From Chloroflexota bacterium (GTDB lineage Bacteria > Chloroflexota > Limnocylindria > QHBO01), in NCBI GenBank assembly GCA_040905185.1, contig JBBDRZ010000001.1, forward strand, positions 115,254-179,253: 64,000 nucleotides of DNA. The letters are read 5' to 3'. The first letter of the stretch is position 1, and every line of letters starts with the position of its first letter. The notes under the pieces are model-generated. The model was not told the origin of the DNA, searched no databases, and saw only the letters and a program-made list of their open reading frames with translations. This document shows, one piece after another, positions 17,867-26,756 of the stretch. A program made the position numbers and the translations under genes.

Positions 17867-20542
17867 GTGCACGACGTCTTCGACCAGTTCAAGCACCAGC
17901 TCCCCGACCAGGACCCGGCCGAGACCGAGGAGTGGCTCGAGTCGCTTGACGCCGTAGTCGACCAGGCCGGGCCGGAGCGTGCCCGGTTCATCCTGTTCCG
18001 GTTGCTGAAGCGAGCCCGGCAGCTCCAGGTCGGCCTGCCGCCGCTGACCCAGACCCGCTATGTGAATACCATCTCGCCCGAACAGGAGCCGCCGTTCCCC
18101 GGCGACGAGGAGATGGAGCTGCGGATCCGACGCATGATCCGGTGGAACGCGCTGGCCATGGTCCTGCGCGCCAACACCCGCTTCGAGGGCATCGGCGGAC
18201 ATCTGTCCACGTACGCCTCGGCCGCCAGCCTGTATGAGGTTGGCTTCAACCATTTCTTCCGCGGCTGGGACGACGGCCCGGGCGACCTGGTCTACTTCCA
18301 GGGCCACGCTGCGCCCGGGATCTATGCCCGGGCCTTCCTTGAGGGCCGCCTGACGGTCGAGCAGCTCGACCATTTCCGGCGGGAGGCGCTGTGGCAGGGC
18401 GGCCTGTCTTCGTACCCCCATCCGCGGACGATGCCCGAGTTCTGGCAGTTCCCCACCGTTTCGATGGGCCTGGGCCCCCTGGCGGCCATCTACCAGGCCC
18501 GCTTCAACCGTTACCTGGCCGCGCGCCGCATCGCCGACACGGCCAACACCCGGGTCTGGGGATTCGTGGGCGACGGAGAGATGGACGAGCCGGAGTCGCT
18601 GGCCGGCCTGAGCCTGGCCGCGCGGGAGGGCCTCGACAACCTGATCTTCGTCGTGAACTGCAACCTCCAGCGCCTGGACGGCCCGGTGCGGGGCAACGGC
18701 AAGATCATCCAGGAGCTCGAATCGGTGTTCCGCGGCGCCGGCTGGCACGTCATCAAGGTCATCTGGTCCCGCGAATGGGATGCCCTGCTGGAACGGGACA
18801 CGGACAGCGTGCTCCTGAACAAGATGACCGAGACCCTGGACGGCGACTACCAGACCCTGTCGGTGGCCGATGGCGCCTACATCCGGGAGCACTTTTTCGG
18901 CCCCGATCCGCGGCTGGCTGCCCTGGTGGCGGACAAGACCGATCCCGAGCTGGCGGCGCTCCGACGCGGCGGACACGACTACCGCAAGCTGTACGCCGCC
19001 TACCACTACGCGACCCAACACCAGGGGGCGCCGGTCGTGATCCTGGCCAAGACCGTCAAGGGCTGGACCCTGGGCCCGGGCATCGAGGCCCGCAACGTGA
19101 CTCACCAGTCCAAGAAGCTGACCGTGGACGAGCTGCGCATCTTCCGGGATCGGCTCCAGCTCCCGATCCCCGACGACCAGCTGGCGGACGCGCCGTATTA
19201 CCACCCCGGCATGGACAGTCCGGAGATTCGCTACATGCTCGAGCGCCGAAATGCCCTGGGCGGGACCCTCCCGCGGCGTCGGTTCGAGTCCCAGCCCCTG
19301 CCGGCGCCTGCCGACGCGGTCTTCGCTGAAGTGTTCGCCGGGGCCGACCGGCCGGCCTCGACGACCATGGCCTTCGGCCGACTGCTGCGCAACCTGGTTC
19401 GGGACCCGGATCTCGGGCAGCGTGTGGTCCCGATCATCCCCGACGAGGCCCGGACCTTCGGGATGGACCCCCTGTTCAAGGAGCTCGGGATCTACAACCC
19501 GCTTGGCCAGCGCTACGCCTCGGTCGACCGCCAGCTGCTCCTCTCCTATCGCGAGGCGGTCGACGGCCAGATCCTCGAGGAAGGGATCACCGAGGCAGGT
19601 GCCATGGGCTCGTTCACGGCGGCCGGGACCGCGTACGCGGTGCACGGCCAGCCTCTAATCCCCTTTTACGTCTTCTATTCGATGTTCGGCCTGCAGCGCA
19701 CCGGCGACCAGGTGTGGGCCTTCGGCGACGCGCGCGGCCGGGGATTCATGATGGGCGCCACCGCGGGTCGCACCACCCTCACCGGGGAGGGCCTCCAGCA
19801 CGACGACGGTCAGAGCCACCTGTACGCGCTGGCCGTCCCGAACCTCCAGTCCTACGACCCGGCCTTCGCCTACGAGCTGGGGGTCATCGTCCGCGAGGGC
19901 ATCCGGCGCATGTGGGACGCCGGCGAGGACGTCTTCTACTACATCACCCTGTACAACGAGAACTGGACCCAGCCGCCGCTGCCCGAGGGCGTCGAGGACG
20001 GGATCCTGCGCGGGCTGTACGAATGCCGGCCGGCGTCGGGTGAAGGCCGCCGGGTGCAGATCCTCGGTTCGGGCTCCATCCTCCACCAGGCGCTCCGCGC
20101 CGCGGACCTGCTGGCCGAACGATTCGGGGTGGCGGCCGACGTGTGGAGCGCCACGTCGTTTCAGCAGCTGCGCGCCGATTGCCTGCGGGTCGAGCGCCAC
20201 AACCGGCTGCACCCCGGCGCGGAGCCCGAGGTGCCGTACCTGGTGCGCCAGCTGGCCGATGCGCCCGGGCCCATCGTCGCGGCGACCGACTTCGTGAAGG
20301 CCGTCCCGGACGTGGTCGCGCGCTGGATCGACCGCCCGTACGTGGTCCTGGGCACCGACGGATTCGGCCGGTCCGACACGCGCGAAGCGCTCCGAACGTA
20401 TTTCGAGGTCAGTCCCGAGCAGATCGCGTATGCCGCTCTGGTCGGGCTGCGGCAGGCCGGGGAAGCGACGGTTGACGAGCTGCAGGCCGCCCTTGGCGGG
20501 CTGGGCATTGATCCCGAGCGGCCCGATCCTGCCCTGCCGTGA
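17867..20542 (+). CDS. aceE: pyruvate dehydrogenase E1 component, homodimeric type
   Basis: 891 aa. Conserved AceE N-terminus (QDPAETEEWLESLD..., RARFIL..LL) and TPP-binding region. Confidence 0.9.
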   Translation: MHDVFDQFKHQLPDQDPAETEEWLESLDAVVDQAGPERARFILFRLLKRARQLQVGLPPLTQTRYVNTISPEQEPPFPGDEEMELRIRRMIRWNALAMVLRANTRFEGIGGHLSTYASAASLYEVGFNHFFRGWDDGPGDLVYFQGHAAPGIYARAFLEGRLTVEQLDHFRREALWQGGLSSYPHPRTMPEFWQFPTVSMGLGPLAAIYQARFNRYLAARRIADTANTRVWGFVGDGEMDEPESLAGLSLAAREGLDNLIFVVNCNLQRLDGPVRGNGKIIQELESVFRGAGWHVIKVIWSREWDALLERDTDSVLLNKMTETLDGDYQTLSVADGAYIREHFFGPDPRLAALVADKTDPELAALRRGGHDYRKLYAAYHYATQHQGAPVVILAKTVKGWTLGPGIEARNVTHQSKKLTVDELRIFRDRLQLPIPDDQLADAPYYHPGMDSPEIRYMLERRNALGGTLPRRRFESQPLPAPADAVFAEVFAGADRPASTTMAFGRLLRNLVRDPDLGQRVVPIIPDEARTFGMDPLFKELGIYNPLGQRYASVDRQLLLSYREAVDGQILEEGITEAGAMGSFTAAGTAYAVHGQPLIPFYVFYSMFGLQRTGDQVWAFGDARGRGFMMGATAGRTTLTGEGLQHDDGQSHLYALAVPNLQSYDPAFAYELGVIVREGIRRMWDAGEDVFYYITLYNENWTQPPLPEGVEDGILRGLYECRPASGEGRRVQILGSGSILHQALRAADLLAERFGVAADVWSATSFQQLRADCLRVERHNRLHPGAEPEVPYLVRQLADAPGPIVAATDFVKAVPDVVARWIDRPYVVLGTDGFGRSDTREALRTYFEVSPEQIAYAALVGLRQAGEATVDELQAALGGLGIDPERPDPALP

Positions 20543-20700
20543 CGCATGAGATTCTGGTTGGCATGAGATTCTGGTTGGCGAACGGCCAATCTGCCACGCG
20601 CGAAGCACATAATAGAAAAGGCCATTGACAAGATAGCAATCACATATTACTGTCTGCCCATCAGATCACTCAGATAGGGAGACAGGACAGTGTTGGACTA
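20543..20700 (+). promoter_or_regulatory. AT-rich intergenic island with 17-bp tandem direct repeat and sigma70-like promoter
   Basis: gcatgagattctggttg x2 at 20544-20577; TTGACA at 20625-20630, 17-nt spacer, TACTGT at 20648-20653. Local GC is far below the window average. Confidence 0.35.
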
Positions 20701-20832
20701 CCGATTCCACTACGCGCAGCTGGTCATCGAGGACCGCCTGCGCCCGCATCGCGCCACGGAGACCACTCGGCTTGCGCCGCGCGTCCACCGGCGCGAACCG
20801 CAGCCAGCGGCTCCCGCCACCAGCCGCCGCTG

Positions 20833-21273
20833 ATGGCACCTCGCGACGTCATCGCCACCTGCCCGGTATGCGCCGGTGAGCTGGCCATCAGCCGCCTGCA
20901 CTGCCGCACCTGCGGTACGACGCTGGAGGGCGAATTCGGGGTCGGGCGATTCGGAAAGCTGAGCCGCGAGCAGATGGCCCTCCTCGAGAGCTTCCTCCGC
21001 TCCCGCGGCAACCTCAAGGAGATGGAGCGGGCGCTTGGGATCTCCTACCCCACGGTTCGGGCGCGGGTCGAGGCCCTGGTCCAGGCGCTCGGACTGGCCG
21101 ATGGCGAGTCCGACCCGGAGCTGGTCGACGACGGAGACGACCGAGAGGCGGGAGCCGCCGCCGAAGCGGACACGGCCACCCAACGCCGCGCCATCCTGGA
21201 GCGCCTGGCCAGGCGCGAGATCGATGCCGCGGCCGCGGCTGAGGCACTGCGCGACCTCGAGGGAACCGACTGA
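20833..21273 (+). CDS. DUF2089 family protein (N-terminal zinc ribbon plus HTH, C-terminal SHOCT-like segment)
   Basis: CPVCAGEL...CRTCGTTLEGEFGVGRFGKLSREQMALLESFLRSRGNLKEMERALGISYPTVRARVEAL matches the DUF2089 architecture. Confidence 0.75.
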   Translation: MAPRDVIATCPVCAGELAISRLHCRTCGTTLEGEFGVGRFGKLSREQMALLESFLRSRGNLKEMERALGISYPTVRARVEALVQALGLADGESDPELVDDGDDREAGAAAEADTATQRRAILERLARREIDAAAAAEALRDLEGTD

Positions 21274-22247
21274 TGCCCACCTATCGGCGCCTCCAGGACA
21301 TCGACCACGAGATCGGACCCGGTGGCGCGCTGTCTCTGGCTGTCACGTCGGCCGACGTGCGGCTGACCGCGACCGCCGGCGCCTCGGCCCACGTGCGCGC
21401 GACGTTCGAGATCGGCGCCGCGTCCGACCAGGAGGCGGATGAGGCGTTCGAGACGCTGCGTCTCAGCGTCCACGCCGCGAACGGCACCCTGGCGGTGGAC
21501 GAGCCGAACGGCCATCGCGGGTTGGGCGGGGCGATCTCACGCCTGCTGGGCGGGCGAACCGCCGAGTTGTTTGGCGTCGAGGTCGAGGCGCCGGCCGGCT
21601 GCCGGCTGGAGGTCCGCGTCGTGAGCAGTGACGTCCAGGCCTCGGGGTTCAATGGCTCGCAGCACTTCCAGTCCGTGTCGGGGGACCTGCGCCTGGTCGA
21701 GGCGGCTGGCGATCTGGATGTCGACTCGGTGTCCGGCGACGTCAGCCTGCGCGCCATCGCAGCGGTCTCCTTGACGATGAATAACGTATCGGGCGACCTG
21801 TCAGCCCAGGCACCCACCTTCGAGCACCTCCGGATCCAGAGCGTGAGCGGCGACGTGTCGGTCGACGGCGAGCTGAGCGCGGCAACCCCGCACGCCGTGG
21901 ACACGGTGAGTGGCGACTTCCGGCTGGCGTCGGGCAGCGGGATCACGCTGACGGTGCGCGGCATGTCGAGTGACATCCACTCGGCGCTCCCCCATCGCCT
22001 GGAGGGTAGGGCCGACCGCCGGCGCCTGGTCCTGGGTGACGGCGCCGCGTCGGTGGCCTTCAACTCGATGTCCGGCGACCTGGCCGTCACCCAGTCGCGG
22101 CAGCGGCCGGGACCGGCCGAAGGATTCGTGGCATCGGCGCCGTCGACAGCTCCGCACGCCAACAAGCGAGACGAGATCCTGGGCGCGCTCGAGCGCGGCG
22201 AGATCGACGTCGACGAGGCGATGCGCCATCTGGGTGACCGGGCTTGA
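21273..22247 (+). CDS. DUF4097 (LiaF/LiaG/YvlB-like putative beta-helix) domain protein
   Basis: Many VSGDxxL repeats typical of DUF4097. Start ATG overlaps the previous stop (TGATG). C-terminal ILGALERGEIDVDEAMRHL SHOCT-like tail. Confidence 0.75.
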   Translation: MPTYRRLQDIDHEIGPGGALSLAVTSADVRLTATAGASAHVRATFEIGAASDQEADEAFETLRLSVHAANGTLAVDEPNGHRGLGGAISRLLGGRTAELFGVEVEAPAGCRLEVRVVSSDVQASGFNGSQHFQSVSGDLRLVEAAGDLDVDSVSGDVSLRAIAAVSLTMNNVSGDLSAQAPTFEHLRIQSVSGDVSVDGELSAATPHAVDTVSGDFRLASGSGITLTVRGMSSDIHSALPHRLEGRADRRRLVLGDGAASVAFNSMSGDLAVTQSRQRPGPAEGFVASAPSTAPHANKRDEILGALERGEIDVDEAMRHLGDRA

Positions 22248-22609
22248 CCGACGAGCTGGAGACCGTCTTGCGCCTGGTGGCCGAGGGACGGCTGACCCCG
22301 GAAGAGGCAGCGCCCATCGTGGCCGCCTTCACCCATCGCGCCGATGCGCCCACCGGGCGATCGTCCGAGGCGGCGCGGGAGGCGGGGGCCGGCGCCCGCC
22401 AGCTCCGGATCCGTGTCGAGGAGCAGGGCCGGACGGTGGTGAACCTGCGCGTTCCCCTCTCGGTAGCCGAGATCGCGCTGAACATGGTGCCCGGGTTGGC
22501 CGGCGAGCAGGCCGCTCGCGTCCGCGCCGCCCTCCGGGGCGGCGCGATCGGTCCCATCGTCGATGTCGAAGACCCGGATGGCGATGCCGTCCTGATCAGC
22601 ATCGAGTGA
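22244..22609 (+). CDS. hypothetical small protein with N-terminal SHOCT-like motif
   Basis: 121 aa. VLRLVAEGRLTPEEAAPIVAAF. Start overlaps the DUF4097 stop (ATGA). Confidence 0.5.
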   Translation: MTDELETVLRLVAEGRLTPEEAAPIVAAFTHRADAPTGRSSEAAREAGAGARQLRIRVEEQGRTVVNLRVPLSVAEIALNMVPGLAGEQAARVRAALRGGAIGPIVDVEDPDGDAVLISIE

Positions 22610-22622
22610 TGAGCCGCGAGGC

Positions 22623-24155
22623 GTGACGCCGAGCTGGGCCGAGGGGGCGGTCCTGTACCAGGTCTATCCGCGCGCCTTCGCGGACGAAGACGGGGACGGC
22701 ATCGGCGACCTGCCCGGGGTGACCGCCCGCCTGGACCACCTGGCCGGTCAGCCGGACTCGCTGGGCGTGGACGCGATCTGGCTGTCCCCGTTTTACCCAC
22801 ATGGCGGCGTCGACGGCGGATACGACGTGACCGAATTCACCGCGGTCGCCCCCGAGTTCGGTGCTCTGGCCGATGTCGACCGCCTGCTGGCGGCCTGCCA
22901 CGAGCGGGGGGTGCGGGTGCTCCTCGACCTGGTCACCGGCCACACCTCGGACCGACATCCGTGGTTCGCGGCCGCGCGCGCGTCACGCGCCAACCCGTCC
23001 CGTGATTGGTACCTGTGGGCCGATCCGCGCCCCGGCTCGGCGCCACCCACCAACTGGGTGGCCGCGTTCGGCGGCCCCGCGTGGACCCTGGACCCGGGCA
23101 GTGGGCAGTTCTTCCACCATTCGTTCTACCCGGAGCAGCCAGACCTCAACTGGCGAAACGCGGCAGTGCGGGAGGAGATGGCCAATGCGATGCGGTTCTG
23201 GCTGGATCGCGGAGTGGACGGCTTTCGGGTGGACGCGATCGAGTTTCTGATCAAGGATCGGCGGCTGCGCGACAATCCGCCTGCCGGCCCAACCCTACCC
23301 CCATGGTCAGCCGAGCCGGGTGGCCTGCGACGGCGGTGGACACGGAACCAGCCGGGCCTGGCCGGGGTCCTCCGCCATCTGCGGCGCGTCACCGACGAGT
23401 ACCCTGATCGCATCCTGCTGGGCGAGCTGTACGCACCCGCCAGGCAGGTTGCGGCGGCGCTGCGCGGCGCCCGCGGTGACGGGCTGCACCTGGGCCTCGA
23501 CCACCAGCTGGCCAAGTCGGCCTGGGACGCGAGGGCCTTCCGGCGCGCCGTCGCCGCGGCCGAGCGCCACCTCGCGCCGCCCCTCTCCCCCACTTGGGCC
23601 TTCTCGAACCACGACCTGTCGCGGCATGCGACGCGCTGGGGTACCGAGCGCGCCCGCCTGGCCGCGCTGATCCTGCTCACCCTGCGCGGGACGATGTGCC
23701 TGTACCAGGGCGAGGAGATCGGGATGACCGACGTCGCGCCGGCGCCCGGCCCCAGGTCTGATCGTGCCGGGAGCGATCGGGCCGGGCGCGATCGGGCCGG
23801 GCGCGATCCGGCTCGAGGGCCATTCGACTGGGACGAAGCGGCCCGCCAACGGATCGACCACGAATCGCTGCTCGCGCTGTACCGCGGGCTCATCGACCTG
23901 CGTCGTCGTTCGCCGGCCTTGCGGGCTGGGTCGCTGAGCCTGCTCCGCGGCCTGCCCTCCGGCGTCCTCGGCTACGAGCGGCTCCTCGGCGCCGAACGGC
24001 TGACCGTGCTCGCGAACATGAGCCATCGGCGCGCCGTGGTCCGGCTGCCGTCCGGCCGAGCCGACACGCTGCTGAGCGCCACCGACCTGAACCAGGTCCA
24101 CCCTGCCAGCGGCAAGGTCGAGCTGAATGCGGACCACGGCGTCGTCATCGGCTGA
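22623..24155 (+). CDS. GH13 alpha-glucosidase / oligo-1,6-glucosidase family
   Basis: LYQVYPRAFAD..DGDGIGDL, GVDAIWLSP, GVRVLLDLV..H, GFRVDAI, QGEEIGM GH13 signatures. Confidence 0.85.
   Translation: MTPSWAEGAVLYQVYPRAFADEDGDGIGDLPGVTARLDHLAGQPDSLGVDAIWLSPFYPHGGVDGGYDVTEFTAVAPEFGALADVDRLLAACHERGVRVLLDLVTGHTSDRHPWFAAARASRANPSRDWYLWADPRPGSAPPTNWVAAFGGPAWTLDPGSGQFFHHSFYPEQPDLNWRNAAVREEMANAMRFWLDRGVDGFRVDAIEFLIKDRRLRDNPPAGPTLPPWSAEPGGLRRRWTRNQPGLAGVLRHLRRVTDEYPDRILLGELYAPARQVAAALRGARGDGLHLGLDHQLAKSAWDARAFRRAVAAAERHLAPPLSPTWAFSNHDLSRHATRWGTERARLAALILLTLRGTMCLYQGEEIGMTDVAPAPGPRSDRAGSDRAGRDRAGRDPARGPFDWDEAARQRIDHESLLALYRGLIDLRRRSPALRAGSLSLLRGLPSGVLGYERLLGAERLTVLANMSHRRAVVRLPSGRADTLLSATDLNQVHPASGKVELNADHGVVIG
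23760..23819 (+). repeat. 15-bp tandem repeat x4 (gatcgggccgggcgc-like) inside the GH13 CDS
   Basis: Direct reading of 23760-23819. Encodes RSDRAGSDRAGRDRAGRD, inserted after the conserved QGEEIGM region. Confidence 0.7.
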
Positions 24156-24209
24156 GGGGCTACTTGGCGCGCCGCCGGTGGGCACACGGTGCTGTAATAC
24201 GCGGAACCA

Positions 24210-26267
24210 ATGAGTAGCCGACGACCGCTCGAACCGCCCACCGGATCGAGCGGCTCTCAGGTCGATCCCATGCTCGAGGTGCGCGAGCGGCGCCGCGGCC
24301 AGCGGCCGGGCGACGCCTACGTGCGGATCGTGCGCCCGTTCGAAGACGAATTCGAGCACGGAGACGAAGGTCAGCTCATCGCCTCCGAGAAAACGCTTGG
24401 GCCCGCCCGCGGGTGGAGCGCGACATGGCGCCGTCTCCGCCACGTCCTGGTCGGGCGGCCGATCAGCTCCGAGCACGAGGAGCACGAGCGACTCACGAAG
24501 ACCAAGGCCCTGGCCATCTTCAGCTCCGACAACATCAGCTCCAGCGCCTACGGCCCAGAGGAGATCATGCGGGTCCTGGCCCTTGCCGGCGCCGGGGCAC
24601 TCACACTGACCATCCCGCTGGCGGGCCTGATCATCGTCACCCTGGCCATCGTGACGATGTCGTATCGGCAGACGATCAAGGCCTACCCGCACGGCGCCAG
24701 CAGCTACATCGTCGCCAGCGACAACCTCGGCGATCGAGCCGGGATCACCGCCGCGTCGGCCCTGCTCATCGGCTATGTCGTCACGGTGGCGGTTTCGATT
24801 TCAGCCGGCGTCGCGGCCATGACCTCCATCCTGCCCGACTTGTACGACACGCGCGTCGTCATTGCGGTCCTCATGGTCGGGCTCCTGATGCTGGGCAACC
24901 TGCGTGGCATCCGAGAGTCGGGGACGATCTTCATGGCGCCGACCTACCTGTACCTGGCGGTCATGTTCGGCATCGTCGGCCTTGGCGTCGTTCAGGCCGC
25001 GACCGGCCAACTGGCGGCTTACGCACCGCCGGCCGACTGGGTCGGGGCTATCGAACCACCGGCCCAGATCCTCGGGTTGTTCCTCATCCTGCGCGCGTTC
25101 TCGCAGGGGGCGGTGGCGTTGACCGGCGTGGAGGCCATCTCGGACGGCGTGCCCGCCTTCAAGCCGCCGGAATGGCGCAATGCGCGGACCACGTTGACCA
25201 CGGCCACCATCATCTTCGGACTCCTGTTCATGGGGATCGCGTTTCTCATCACCCAGCTGGGCATCGTGCCTGACCCGACCGAGCAGCAGACCGTCCTGAG
25301 CGTTCTCGTGCGTCACCTGGTCGGAAGCGGCTGGATCCTGGTCCTGGCCCAGGTGTCCACCGCGTTGCTCCTGGTCCTGGCGGCCAACACGAGCTTTGCG
25401 GACTTCCCCCGACTCTCCTCGTTCCTCGCCCGAGACGGATTCATGCCCCGCCAGTTCGCCTTCCGCGGCGAGCGGCTGGCGTTCACGACCGGCATCTTCG
25501 CGCTGTCGGCCATGGCCGCCTTTCTGATCGTCGTGTTCTCGGCAAGCGTGACCGGACTGATTCCGCTGTATACGCTGGGCGTCTTCGTGGCCTTTACGCT
25601 GTCCCAGGCCGGGATGTTCGTGCGCTGGTATCGGCGCCGCGAGACCGGATGGAGGTTCGGCCTCCCCATTAACGGGCTGGGGGCGGCAACCACGGCCGTC
25701 GTGGCGCTGGTCGTCGGGTCGAGCAACTTCTTCCAGGGTGCTTGGATGGTGCTCGTCCTCGTGCCTGCTCTCATGTTCGTGCTGTGGGCCATTAGGGCCC
25801 ATTACCAGGCCCACGACCGATCCGTCCTGATCGAGAGCATCCCCGAGGGGGCCGAGGCGGCCCGGGAGCCGATCGTCATCGTCCCCATCGCCCGTCTCGA
25901 CCGGCCCGCGCTGGCGGCCATCGCCTTTGCCAACTCCATCAGTCGCTCCGCGAGCGCGGTTCATGTCACGAACGATCCCGCCGCGGCCGAGGAGATGCGG
26001 CGGCGCTGGCCGGAATGGGCCGGCAAGACCGAGCTGGTCGTGGTCGAATCGCCGTATCGGGCCTTGATCGGGCCGCTGGTCCGCTACATGGACGCGCTAC
26101 AGGCCCAGGCTCCGGATCGACCGATCATGGTCGTCCTGTCAGAAGTGGTCCCCCGCCACTGGTGGGAGAACCTGCTCCACAACCAGACCAGCCTGCGCCT
26201 CAAGCTGCGCCTGTTCGGACGCAAGAACACCATCGTGGCCGACGTGCCGTATCACCGCCCCGACTAG
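24210..26267 (+). CDS. APC-superfamily permease with extended cytoplasmic C-terminal domain
   Basis: 685 aa with about 12 predicted TM helices. N-terminal SSDNISSSAYGPEE motif typical of this APC subfamily. C-terminal soluble domain of about 180 aa. Confidence 0.8.
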   Translation: MSSRRPLEPPTGSSGSQVDPMLEVRERRRGQRPGDAYVRIVRPFEDEFEHGDEGQLIASEKTLGPARGWSATWRRLRHVLVGRPISSEHEEHERLTKTKALAIFSSDNISSSAYGPEEIMRVLALAGAGALTLTIPLAGLIIVTLAIVTMSYRQTIKAYPHGASSYIVASDNLGDRAGITAASALLIGYVVTVAVSISAGVAAMTSILPDLYDTRVVIAVLMVGLLMLGNLRGIRESGTIFMAPTYLYLAVMFGIVGLGVVQAATGQLAAYAPPADWVGAIEPPAQILGLFLILRAFSQGAVALTGVEAISDGVPAFKPPEWRNARTTLTTATIIFGLLFMGIAFLITQLGIVPDPTEQQTVLSVLVRHLVGSGWILVLAQVSTALLLVLAANTSFADFPRLSSFLARDGFMPRQFAFRGERLAFTTGIFALSAMAAFLIVVFSASVTGLIPLYTLGVFVAFTLSQAGMFVRWYRRRETGWRFGLPINGLGAATTAVVALVVGSSNFFQGAWMVLVLVPALMFVLWAIRAHYQAHDRSVLIESIPEGAEAAREPIVIVPIARLDRPALAAIAFANSISRSASAVHVTNDPAAAEEMRRRWPEWAGKTELVVVESPYRALIGPLVRYMDALQAQAPDRPIMVVLSEVVPRHWWENLLHNQTSLRLKLRLFGRKNTIVADVPYHRPD

Positions 26268-26740
26268 GGCAGCGATTCGTCCATCGGTTCGAGCCGGAAG
26301 TAGACGCCGCGCGCCAGGATGTGGCGGCGCGCTGCCCGGTACACGAGGTTGCCGGGGAACGGCTGTTGGTGGGCGGTGGCCAGGATGACGGCGTCCCGCT
26401 CGTCCCCGTCCGCCAGGCCCTCGGCGCGCACCCGATGGCTGATCCCGCTCGGCCTGGCCACCACGGCCTCGCCGGCCGCGGCCAGGTTCCGGGTCCATCC
26501 CACTTCCCCGTTGGGGTGGCCAACGTACCAGCGTCCCCCCACCTCGATCAGGCCCACCAGGACGGCGCGAGGGCGCCGCGTGCGCCGTCCGAGGACGCGC
26601 AGGTCGATCGTGATCCCCATCCCGCCAGCGCGCCACGCCCTTCGGATCAGCGGATCGGTGAGGCGAAGCCAGGCATAGCCCAAGCGCCAGAGCACGCTCC
26701 AGATGCGGGAGGCACGTCGTGCTGGACGGGAGGCTGTCAT
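26264..26740 (-). CDS. DUF385 nitroreductase-family deazaflavin (F420)-dependent oxidoreductase-like protein
   Basis: Internal ATG at 26740 (MTASRP...) within track ORF 26264..26818. GRRTRRPRAVLVGLIEVGGRWYVGHPNGEVGWTRNLAAAGEAVV...ERD matches the Ddn/DUF385 split-barrel pattern. Confidence 0.65.
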   Translation of the reverse strand: MTASRPARRASRIWSVLWRLGYAWLRLTDPLIRRAWRAGGMGITIDLRVLGRRTRRPRAVLVGLIEVGGRWYVGHPNGEVGWTRNLAAAGEAVVARPSGISHRVRAEGLADGDERDAVILATAHQQPFPGNLVYRAARRHILARGVYFRLEPMDESLP

Positions 26741-26756
26741 GGAGCGGGCCTCGAGA

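Noticed and set aside
17213-17957. Overlapping Arg/Pro-rich ORFs (17213..17854, 17484..17957, 17221..17838)
   Set aside because: Shadows of plsY and of the small membrane-protein gene. Compositionally biased.
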